Shown in pieces: positions 39,501 to 50,551 of a stretch of DNA of 64,000 nt (within the stretch, counting starts at the first letter, position 1; each line of letters opens with the position of its first letter). This DNA comes from Azolla caroliniana. Taxonomy: Eukaryota; Plantae; Polypodiophyta. The stretch lies in contig JBHGNT010000001.1 in the NCBI GenBank assembly GCA_043228905.1, positions 19,964,001 through 20,028,000 on the forward strand, given 5' to 3'. The translations under genes and the position numbers were made by a program. The notes under the pieces were generated by a model. The model was not told where the DNA came from and did not search any database. It saw only the letters and a program-made list of their open reading frames with translations.

Positions 39501-39980
39501 GAAGGTCCATATACTCAGTCGGAGATCTTTACTCGGGGTACGACCAATTCCAGCTTGTTGTGGAAAGTAGGGACATCACGACGATGCGGACCCCTCTCGG
39601 CCTAGTTCGAATGTGTACCCTACCACAAGGCGGAACCAACTCAGTGGCACACATGGTAAACGTAATGAACAGAGTTCTGAGGGACTGCATCCCAGACATC
39701 ACCATGCCTTTCCTAGACGACATCCCTATAAAGGGGTGTCCAGAAGACGCTAAGGATGAGTCGATCAGCGCGGACGGGTGCCGAAGGTTTGTCGCGGACC
39801 ACATCTCCGACTGCAAGAAGGTACTACAGAGGCTCCACGGCACACGGCTTACCTTCTCGGGAGAAAAGCGGCTTTCAGACAACTGGAGATATTAGTGGTT
39901 GGCCACCTATGTGGGCCGTACGGTTGGAAGCCATCGCCGACCAAGATAGAGGCCATCTCGGAAATGGAGGAGTGTGGATC
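36524..39980 (+). pseudogene. E gag, protease and RT N-terminal part
   Basis: ALIDHGSEINLMS (PR), WFTVPKKNGTLRFIQDLQ, DLYSGYDQ, LPQGGTNS, PFLDDIPIKG. Confidence 0.92.
38568..38611 (+). promoter_or_regulatory. Candidate -1 frameshift signal between PR and RT of E
   Basis: G GAT TTT then TAG, 6-nt spacer, stem GGGCTATC/GATAGTCC; -1 frame open into ORF 38658 and in frame with RT. Confidence 0.55.
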
Positions 39981-42900
39981 TATAGAAACAAATAGTGTGC
40001 GAAAGTGGAAGCAATAGAAAATAGAAAACAGAGAACAGGTTTAATGGAGAGCTTAACAGTACGCAGGACAGATAGAGAGAGAGCACACAGAAACTCAATT
40101 CAAAAATACTACTCAGTCTGTACATCGTATGTGTTCAATGAACACTTTTATACAAGTCCATTCAGACTGACAAAAGTACGGTGTACTTCAATGCTCACAC
40201 GAGCGTCTGACACTAACTACGAGATATTAACTCCTTAGTAGACTAGCTGCTACTTGGCTTCCGTTACTGCTTGATCCAGCTAACAGACTCCCCAACTCAC
40301 CAGCTCACCGATCCGGCTCAGGCTTATTCAGTTGATCCGGATCCGGTTGAGCTTGCCACTCAACACTCCCCCTCAAGCTCAACTTGAGGTCGGATCGTAG
40401 TGTCCGTCTCCATGGCAGCTAGTCCTTTCACCTGGCTCCTTCTGGCGTCACTCCGCCTCGCTCGCGCTCCTCGTCCGGTTCGGTCCCGTTTGTCGCGACC
40501 CTTCTGTTTCTGCGCATCACGACCTCCTTGGTCGGCTTGTCTGCTCAACAGGCCAGAATTAGCTCCCTCACTGTTGTGACTTCTACGCTTGTAGACCCGC
40601 CGATTCCTTCGTGTTGGCGTCGACTTTTGTTGCCATCTCGTCCTCTTGGCCTTGAATTGATCCGGTTCTTCCGAATCTTTCTGTAGAACCGAATCGGCTA
40701 TCTCTGATTCGTTCCAGATCTTGTCCAAATTGGTTGCTCCCGATTCGTCTTCTGGTTCCGGGCCCTTCACCACATCGGACCATGTCCGGGTTTTGGCCTT
40801 CTTCTTTCGGTCGGCTCTGTCCTTCTTGACTCTGCCTCCGCTGTTGCTTGTTCCGACTTGTTCGGATGTGTCAACTTCCTTTGTCGACTCGGCTCCTTTC
40901 TTCTTCCTGTCTCTCCCCTTGTCCGTTCTTCCCCCACCGGCACAATCGGCAATCTCTTTCCCTTTGCCCGTTTCGGTGGTGTCTTTGCCCATTCTCCCCC
41001 TCAAGTGTGGCATGTCGAGATGTTGAACACCAAGCATTTCGGTAAAGTGTTGCAACTTGTCCGATTCGAGCGGTTTGGTGAAGATGCCGACAACTTGCTG
41101 ATCCGAATGAACATACCGAAGTTCGACTTCACCGCTCAGGACACGCTCACGCCCGAAGTGATAGCGCACTTCTATGTGCTTTGTGCGAGCATGGAATACG
41201 GGGTTCTTGGCACGCTGCATGCTGCTCATATTGTCGTAGTAGATCAGGATCGGGGTCGGCACCTCAATCCACAGGTCTTGGAGCAGTCGTCGAAGCCAAA
41301 TGGCTTCACAGGTGGCGATGGTAGCGCCCCGATACTCATCCTCAGTGCTCGACAAAGCCACTGTTGGCTGCTTTTTTGCTGCTCCACGCAACAGCCGCGC
41401 TACCTAGCGAAAACATGTAACCGGAAGTGGAACTGCGATCTGATGCATCGTCGGCCCAGTTGGCATCAGTGTAACCGACTAGCTCTTCGGTTATACCTCT
41501 CAGGTATAACAGTCCCCAGTCCTTCGTGTCGCTCACATACCGCAATATTTGGTATGCTCACTGAAGATGCTCTACGGTCGGCTTCTGCATGAATTGGCTA
41601 ATCACACCAACCGGATAGCTGATGTCAGGTCAGGTGATGGTCAAATATATGAGGCTTCCGACAATTTGTTGGAACCGTTTCTCATCGCAGGCCGGTCTGG
41701 AGTTGGGACAGAGCTTCTGTTTCCAGTTCAAGGGTGTAGAAATAGGGCGGCATTCCGTCATGCCAAACTTGTACAACATATTCAACACATAGTGTCTTTG
41801 TGAGAGCAATATGTCATCGGGGGTTTGGATCACCTTGATCCCAAGAAAATAGTGAAGGTCCCCCAAGTCCTTCATCCCAAATGCGTCCGACAGCTGGGAC
41901 TTGACTCGGCTGATTTCATCGAGTCCGGGTCCGGTGATGACTAGATCATCAACATACAACAAGATGCATACCGGATCGTCTGAACCTTGTTGGATGAACA
42001 ACGAAGAGTCAGACTTGGAGGCCGCAAACCCCATGTTACGCAACTGGTGTGTGATCTTCGCATTCCAAGCTCGGGGGGCTTGCTTCAAGCCATAAAGTGA
42101 CTTCTTCAGCCGGCATACAGCCGATTTGTTCATCTCTGACTGAAAACCGGGAGGTTGGGTCATAAAGACCTCTTCTTCTAGATCGCCTTGAAGAAATGCA
42201 TTCTTCACGTCCATCTGGTGAAGATGCCACTCCCTTGCCGCAGCAACTACTAGTACTACCCGAACCGTCGTCATCTTCGCTACCAGAGTCAAGGTCTCGT
42301 CGTAGTCGATTCCGTGGGTCTGCGCATATCCCTTCGCGACTAACCGGCCCTTGTACCAGTTAACTGAACCGTCGGCGTTGTACTTTACCTTGTACACCCA
42401 CTTGCATCTAATCGGTTTACAGTGACGGGGAGGGTCAACTAGGTCCCATGTCTCGTTGGCATCAAGTGCCCACATCTCTTCTTCCATAGCGGCACATCAA
42501 TGTGCATCCTTTGCCGCTTCTACATAGCTCTCCGGCTCACGCACTTCCGCCACCTTGGTCATGTACGCATAGTGATGCGCCATGTACTCATTGTATCCGT
42601 ACCGCTTGACAGGTTCCTTCTGGCGGGTTGACCGGTGTAACCCACCGTTACCCGGTTTGAGGCCCTTCTTGGCCGGTTTAGTCTTCGGTGCCGAAGAACC
42701 GTCATTTTTCTTTCCGGAGTCGGATCCGCTCTGATCCGACTCATCATTACTGGTTTCATAATCCGGCACCTTCTTATTCCCCTTCTCTTTGCGCGTGAAC
42801 CGTCTCCTCAGTTCCTTACGCGGGGAGAGCACGGCAAAGTCTTCACTACTCGTCGGTTCCTCTTCTGACTGGTCGGATTGACCCATTCTCTTGTTTGTCC

Positions 42901-43902
42901 CACTCAACCGAAACGATTCCAGACTCTCTTCTTGAGTCCCGGATTCATCATCTTCTAGTTGGACCGGTTCAGCTCACTAGCCTCATCCTCCGGTATCGGG
43001 TCGGGGTCGGAATCGGAGCCGGTAAGGCGTACCATGATGCCGTCTCATCAAACTCAACATCGCGGCTAACTCGGACCTGCTTCATCCGGGGGTTATAACA
43101 CTTATACCCCTTTTGCTCATGTGAGTAGCCGACGAGGATGCACTTCTCTGATTTTGCATCTAGCTTCCTCCACTTCTCATCCGGCACATGCACATATGCT
43201 ATGCTGCCACACCATTTTGCTCCGGTGTGTATCTGCAGCTGAACTCTCTCCGAATTCCTGTTTGTTCCAAATAACTGTTGAATTGGCTGGAAAAATATTC
43301 TTTTCAGCTATCCAACCGCAGACACTTGATCTTCCTCTCCGATTCCCGTTCCACCATGCTTTGGAGGTTCTGGAAACAGTCGAAGACTTCGATCTTCCGC
43401 TCAATGAGGTAGATCCATGTGTGTCGGCTATAGTCGTCGATGAAGGAGACCAAGTATCGCCTCCCGCCAAGACTCACGTTCTGTGCCGGTCCCCATACAT
43501 CTGAATGAATAAGGTCGAGCTTGTTACGGCTACAGTTTCTTTCTGTGGGGAATGGAAGCCAGTGTTGCTTCCCGAGTTGGCAGGCTTCACATACTGGGGC
43601 CTTCTGGCCGCTGAACTTCGGAAAACCAAAAACAACTTGTTTCATTTACAGGTCTTGAAGACTCCGGTAATTGACGTGGTCGATTGGTCGATCTGCTTGT
43701 GCCAAAGATCGATGTCCAATTCAATCTTCTGTCCTTTGGCAAACAAGGCAGTGCCGACGTCATTGGTGTTGAGGATAAACATCCTCCCGTCTCTGCGCCC
43801 TTGCGCAATAATCTGGCCCTCCTCCTCGATGAAGCACCCAAGGTGCATAAACCGCACCTGCATTCCCTGGTCGATGATCTATCCGACCGACACCAGGTTC
43901 TT

Positions 43903-45148
43903 TGTTACCCGGACCCGGACAGTCAGTTTTACCGAACAAGTGGGAAAGCGTCGAAAACAGAGTCGGTTCGGATCGACTGTTCGGATCAATGACTCAGCAG
44001 TAAACGAAGAGAACTAAGTTAGTTAGATAATTTTGTAAATCTTGATAGTAAGTAGGAATAGTTCTTGATGAGAAAAGACCTTCGGTATACCTATAAAAGG
44101 GAACCGAAGGCATTGTAAGAAAGGTCGTTTTATTTAGTAATATAAGTTTAAGTTAGGAATATCTTGTACGGATTCTGTGTTCCTTCTATTGTCTATGATC
44201 TTAAGTGCAAGCTTCCTAATTTATAACTAAGTAACGATCACGGTAATTACCGATTAATATAGTATAATTCCGTTCGTAAAACACAATTCCTTGTTAGAAC
44301 GTTGAGTAGCGACGTTCACTCTTCTGTATCGGTAGTAGTTAGTAATTAGCCGATTAACACAGAAGAATTTTGGCACGCCCGGTTACATCTGCAATTAAGC
44401 AGAGAACAATTCGAATGGATGTCGTATGAAGAGGAGGCACCGGTCAGTTGTAAGCGCTCTCGTACAAGGTCAGTTACGAAGGTAGTGCAGCAAGCGTTCA
44501 TTGCGCAAGAACAGCCGGAATCAAGCACAAAGTGGTCGAAACTTCCTGACTTATCCGATCAATTACCTTCAGACGAAAAACAGACGGAAGAGGTATCGTT
44601 TTACGACATTTGGGACGATATGCCTTATACTTATTCTAAGTTCCGGGAAGGAACAGATGCGGAAGCACATGTTAGGGATTTCTTAACGACATGGGAGATT
44701 AACCATGGAGCTCAGCGATTGTCGGCAGATGCCGAAGATAAGTCAAAAATCGTTGAGTTCGTCTTATCATTAGACGGATATTCCGCTAATTGGTTTGCGC
44801 AGAATGGTCTTCAAGGATTTCCATCCTTTGAAGTGTTAACTAGTAAATTTTTACAATTATTTCATCAACAAATTCCGCAGAAGGATTTGATTGCGCAATT
44901 TTATGCGTTATATCAAGAAAAAAATGAAACAGTATCTCAGTTTGTGATACGATTTCAGAACTTATAGCTTCAGATTTCAAGGCCGATTCCAGATAAGGAA
45001 TTAAAAGAAGTCTTTCTAGAAGCTGTAAAAGAACCATTAAGGACGACATTGAAAGTGTTCGATTTTCGAAATCAGACTATCGAACAAGTCATTGATAGCG
45101 ACGTTCACTCTTCTGTATCGGTAGTAGTTAGTAATTAGCCGATTAACA
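43903..45148 (+). mobile_element. Internally deleted Ty3/gypsy element F (5' LTR, PBS, partial gag, last ~55 bp of 3' LTR)
   Basis: TGTTA start, TAACA ends at 44359 and 45148; TSD TTCTT; PBS-like TGGCACGCCC 44371-44380. Confidence 0.9.
44419..45095 (+). pseudogene. F retrotransposon gag fragment
   Basis: FVLSLDGYSANWF...LTSKFLQLF...LYQEKNETVSQFVIRF, the Retrotrans_gag pattern. Confidence 0.85.
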
Positions 45149-46865
45149 TTCTTCATGATAGTCGAAACGTGTAATATGTTCATTACCTTTCCCCTTTGTC
45201 CGATGTGGCTCCAAGGGACTTCACCGATATGCACGATTGGGTGAGGAGTGTCGTCTCCGGTTTCAACAACTCTGGGTTGTTCCGGTTTCTCCAGGAAGGA
45301 GAACCACTCTTTGTGGTTTGTCATGTGATTTGATGCACCGGAATCAACGTACCACACTTCCTCTGATTTGGAAGTGGTCTTCTTCATCGAATTTGCCTCG
45401 TGCTTCATCACCAAGGCTGGCCCCTTACCGTTCTTCCTGGTTCCGGATCCTTTCGATCCTTGCGCGTAGTGCGAGCTTTGCCGGTTTTGCTGGATCCAGA
45501 TCTGTCCGAATCGGCGCGCTTCTTCTAGCACTCGCTTTCTCTGTGGCCCTTTTTGCCATAGTACCAGCATTCCGTGGCAGATTTGTCTTGCCGGCCTCCG
45601 ACGCCACCTTGACTCCCCCTGGTTGTGGAGGTCCTGGAACTGTTGTCGGCACAGTCTTTGTGCCGTCTTTCCTGCTCTTGTAGGTCGCCTCTAGTGCGTG
45701 CCGACCCGCCTCGTCCACCACGCCCACGGGGCCGATCCGCCTTCGTAGAACTTTAATTAATGAATTCAATGTGTTGTTAAGAGATGCTTGGCAACATGGT
45801 GTGATCATCACAAGGTACAAAATTATTGTTCTTTAAATGTCTTTGAAACGAAGGGTTACATCTTGGAATGTTCTCTCATATAACCAAGTTAATTTATAGT
45901 AATTGGACCTTTATTGATCAACTAAAATCTCCTACTTCGTTTGTAGACAAGGCTCACATATTTAGCAATGGAAAGCGAGTCACATATCTCTTTGATTCGG
46001 GCCATGTAATCAGCCACCGACATGTCCTTCTGTCGGACATTGCTCAACTCATGTCGGAGTTGCAGCTTCCGGGCTGTAGTGCTTGCGGCGAACACCTTCT
46101 TCAGGTTTCCCCAAGCCTCTTTTGGCGTCTTGGCATCTCGGACGTGGCTCAACAGCTGGTCTCCGACACTGGACGCAAAGCAGTACATCACTCTACTTGT
46201 CAATTGTTCCCACACCGGGAAGTCCTTTTGTGCCGCATCAGGTGTTGTGTCGTTAGCTCCGTCGACATAGCTCCAGTAACCATGCCCAAGCAGGTACTAG
46301 TGCATTTGTATGACCAAGATGCGTAGTTGGATCTGTCGAGCTTCTCCATCGAGAGCGAGCTAGCCATTCCTCTATCCTTTTTCTTTTTTTTTGTTCCTTA
46401 CAAAGGTTAGGTTTTCTTCTTGTGAAAGCAAATGTCGGTTGCAGAGGTTCTCAACCCTCGCGCTCTGATACCATGTAGAAACAAATAGCGTGCGAAAGCA
46501 GAAGCAATAGAAAACAGAAAACAGAGAACATGTTTAATGGAGAGCTTAACAGTATGTGGGAGAGACAGAGAGAGAGCACACAAAAACTCAATTCAAAAAT
46601 ACTACTCAGTCTATACATCGTATGTGTTCAATGAACACTTTTATACAAGTCCATCCGGATTGACAGAAGTACGGTGTACTTCAATGCTCACACGAGCGTC
46701 TAACACTAACTACGAGATATTAACTCCTTAGTAGACTAGCTGCTACTTGGCTTCCGGTTACGGCTTGATCCAGCTAACCGGCTCACTTGCTCACCGGCTC
46801 ACCAATCCGGCTCATCCTTCTGGATGCCGATCCGGATCCGGTTGAGCTTGCCGCTCAATAGGATC

Positions 46866-48850
46866 CATCACAGAGGTCTGGCGGTTCCTAGGGGCATGCG
46901 CCTTCTACCACATATGGTCGCCGAACCACTCTATGGCCTGCTAAAGAAGAACAAGAAATTTGAATGGATGAAGGAACATACGGAGGCGGTCCGGAAACTA
47001 AAACGAACGCTTACCGCGGCACCGGCTTTGCGCAAAGCGGAATACGCACCAGGAACTCCGGTCTACATCATTGTGGACACCAGCCCAACCGGGATCGGGT
47101 GGGTCGTGAATCAAAAGGACGAAGACGGCACGCGCTTCCCTATCCGGTTCGGTGCGAAGGTACTGAGCGAGCAACAGCAAGGGTACGCCCAAGTCAAGCG
47201 TAAGCTGTGGGGTATCGTTTCAGCGGTTAAGGTCGACAAAGATTACCTAATTGGGACAGAGTAATTATCGAAACAGACTACTTGCCGATTCTCGGTATGA
47301 TCTCCGGATGCGCAACTCCCGACCTAGCCATGGTCATGTGGATTGCGTACATCAAGTCCCTGAACCCGGAGATACGACACATCTCGGGTAAAGACAACGC
47401 CATGGCCGATATGCTTTCTAGAGCAAGATTTGAGGATGAGGACAGCATGGTATCAGAGAGTGAAGAAGTCGGCGCAAACTTCTGCAAATCGGCAAGGATG
47501 AGGATAAAAGGGCAAAGCACTCCGCCTGTGAATGAGTTCGACGAAGTCGGCTACGATGGTGAGTGGCTTCTAATCAGGAGGTTTCTAGAGACAATGACGA
47601 CAGACGCCATGATGACTAAGGAGGAGGCCGGACAGCTCCAGAAGAAGGCATACCAATATTTCCTGTGGGACGGAAAAATCTGGAGGATCCCAAAAAGGCG
47701 AAATGATGCGCCGCTCCGGGTAATAGCGCGGGCGGATGACCGACAGAAGCTGATGTCGGAGTTCCACGAGAGCCCTTGGTCTGGACACTGGGGTACATGG
47801 GCTACATTCGAGAAGTTAAAGGGAAAATACTGGTGGCCAAGCATGTACAAGAGCGTGCACGACTTCGTGTCCACGTGCGAAAGCTACCATATGCACTCGG
47901 TGGTTCGACGTCGCGATGAACTTCACCCAACTTATCCTCTGACCGTGCACTTCAAATGGATGGTTGACTTAGTTACGATGCGATGGGCGAAGGTCAGAAG
48001 TGATACCTAGTGTTGGCTAGAGAGGACCTAACCAACCAGGTAAAGGGACGAGCACTAACGAATAAGACCACCGCGACCGTATGCAAGTTTTTGATCGAGG
48101 ATGTCATATGCCGATACAAGTGCGTGGGGAAAATCGTAGCTGACCGAGGAGAGCTAGACGCGAAAGAGGCTGAGGAACTGTTCGATTAGTTAGGCGTAAA
48201 ACTGTCCCTCACAACGGCGTACAACCCGGAGGCAAACGAAAAGATTGAACGGGGCCACATTCTGATTGTAAAGGCCATTGTATGCGCATGCAAGGGTCGA
48301 GTCGGCAACTGGCCGAGGTTGCTCCCGTATGCGTTATGGGCGGACAGGACTACCCACACTTCGGTGACAGGGTACATGCCGGCAGAACTAATGTACGGAC
48401 AGAAACCCATCATGCGAGTAGGGCGAACGATCGCCTCATGGGCAGTGATCGATTGGGCCAATGAAATGAGTAGAGAAGAGTTGCTAGCGGCACGAATCCG
48501 GCAACTCAAGCGAAGACCGGAAGACGTGGAATGAGCCACGACAAGGGTGAGAGAAGCAAGGATCCAGAACAAAGCCCGGTTCGACCGAACGCACCGGCTC
48601 CAGCCAAGGAAGATCGAGGAAGGCGACTGGGTGTTAGTCTACGACAACAGCCTCGACAACCAGCATAGGTCTACGCCCAAGTTCGCAAAGCAATGGTTCG
48701 GGCCGTACGTGGTAAATAGCGTCAACGACAACGCCACATATCATCTCGCGGAGCTCGATGAGACGCAAATAACGACTCTGGTGGCCGGGAAGCGGATAAA
48801 AGCCTTCAAGAGACGAAACGAGGAACCGGACCCGGGAGCCGAAAGCACTA
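46866..48850 (+). pseudogene. E RT end, RNase H and integrase
   Basis: IIVDTSPTGIGWV, HISGKDNAMADMLSR, H...GHWG...CESY zinc region, TTAYNPEAN, WFGPYVV; no chromodomain. Confidence 0.92.
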
Positions 48851-49790
48851 GTTCAGGAGAGGAGGACGATATAACCGATGGCCCGGAATCCTCCACTAAA
48901 TTCACCATCCGGCACATACCGGAGGATGTGCAGTTTAGTGGGGGTGGATGTCGTGAAGATTCCGGGCCATAGGTAGAAACAAGGTGAAATGCGCAGGAAC
49001 ACCGGTTTACGCAAGTGCACGCCTCGAGAGAATTAAATAGGGAAAGTACTAGGCATGAGTATACGGAGGGGCATTAGGTAGTTAGAGCATAAAGAAGAAA
49101 TAGAACATCGCATATGTAGGGAGAGTTACGAGGGGAGTGAATCAAGGGAGAGAATCTTGGAAGGGAAAGCGACGGGTCATGAATGCTTGTAACGGTCGCC
49201 CCTTTGTGCTATAAAGGGGACGACCTTCGACTGTCTTGAGGATGCCATTTTTGAGAGGAGAGGATATACAGAGGGGAGAGTAAGCACAGATCTTCGGAAG
49301 GCGCTTCCCCTGCACGCATCAAACGCCTGAGTGCTCCTGTCCAGGGGGATCGACCTTCCATGTGCCAACGTACCTTTGTGTCTTGCTATTGCCAAGCTCT
49401 GCGCTCCATCACCGGCTCTGATCCGGTTGTAATCACCCACAGCACCGTGCACCTGTGTTGTTTAATAGAAACCTTCTCTACCTAACATACATTGTTGTCA
49501 GTGTCTTGCCCATGTCTGTGTCTACGCACGACTCTCTTACCCTCTCTTGTTCGCTAGCCTTACCTGTTTTCCCATGGTCTCGAGACCTACGCGATCCTCA
49601 AACTCCTCCCTCCTCGTTTTCTCGATTCCTTGGTTCAAGACCCCCATGGTGCTGCCCGACTTCTACTCATCCGCGAGGATTTCCTCGACAACGCTTCGAT
49701 GGGCCTTCACCGACGCTGACTTCTCCAGTCCGGTTTCTTGTACCCGTATGCCTTCAATGAAGCTTCCATCCTCGTCCTCCCTTGTCGTCC

Positions 49791-49808
49791 TTCACATCGG
49801 ATTCACCA
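49791..49808 (-). promoter_or_regulatory. D primer-binding site, tRNA-Trp-like
   Basis: TGGTGAATCCGATGTGAA, 5 nt from the LTR; 16/18 to the complement of the plant tRNA-Trp 3' end as I recall it (TGGTGAACCCGACGTGAA). Confidence 0.7.
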
Positions 49809-49813
49809 ATTTA

Positions 49814-50551
49814 TGTCGCGAAGTTTCATGCATGTGTGTTACTTGGGCGGGACCACAGGGGGTCTTGGACTAGGGAATAGACAGGAAATGGGAGTTTATC
49901 CATTACGATCTTCGAGCTCAAAAGGGGAGGAGAAAGAAGAAGAGATTAACACGATAGAGAATTAGATCAAGTCAAGGTTAAACAAACAAATTACACTATA
50001 AGGCATGAAAGCCATGATATGATTACAACCGCGGCCATAAGCCAGACTCAAAAAGCACAAATAGAAGAAAACTCAAGCAAATAGGAAGAAGAACTAAACC
50101 CTAATCGAGAGAAGGGAAATGATACGAAAGGGGAACCTAAAACCGAAACCCTAAAATGAAATCGGGGAAAAGATGATGAAGAAAATCCTAACGGTCTACC
50201 TCTAATGACAAATATGGCGACTCCCCAAAGAAAACCCAAAAGTGGAAGCCCCTCAAAAATGGCCCTTCACTCCCTTTTATAGTAGTAAGGGGTGAGGCAC
50301 ATTACATAAAGAAGAGGTCAACCCCCCATTCTTTCAATGGGGGAATATTTGGCCTTGATCTTAGGAGGAGAGATTGATGGAGCCTTAACTCCCTCTCCTA
50401 TCTTGTAGTGCACTTTTAACACCTTACATTTACCCTTCCTTGTTTACATTTGTTTCTTTTACAAATCTTCCAAGTGTATTCGCAATGATGCACATCCCCA
50501 TTTTATCCATCCCACTTGGTTTTCTCACCATGGCCGAAAATCCTCAGGACA
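49814..50551 (-). repeat. D 5' LTR
   Basis: Matches 27454-28298; next to PBS. Confidence 0.92.

Larger units (their letters stand above)
40360..46366 (-). pseudogene. H gag-pol, interrupted by F and by filler DNA
   Basis: [40 protein letters not shown], tail ending VELEGEC*. Confidence 0.9.
39981..46860 (-). mobile_element. Ty1/copia element H (B/C/K family), inserted in E RT
   Basis: LTRs 39981-40365 and 46474-46860; TSD GGATC; iMet PBS 46462-46473; PPT 40366-40377. Confidence 0.95.
35823..49660 (+). mobile_element. Ty3/gypsy non-chromovirus element E, inserted antisense in D gag
   Basis: LTRs 35823-36523 and 48949-49660; PPT TTTAGTGGGGGTGGA 48934-48948; domain order gag-PR-RT-RH-IN. Confidence 0.93.
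27454..50551 (-). mobile_element. Gypsy-related LTR element D: gag-like plus unknown acidic ORF, no pol detected
   Basis: LTRs 27454-28298 and 49814-50551; Trp-type PBS 49791-49808; PPT next to 28298 resembles that of E; internal pieces 28299-28475, 33967-35822, 49661-49813. Confidence 0.85.
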
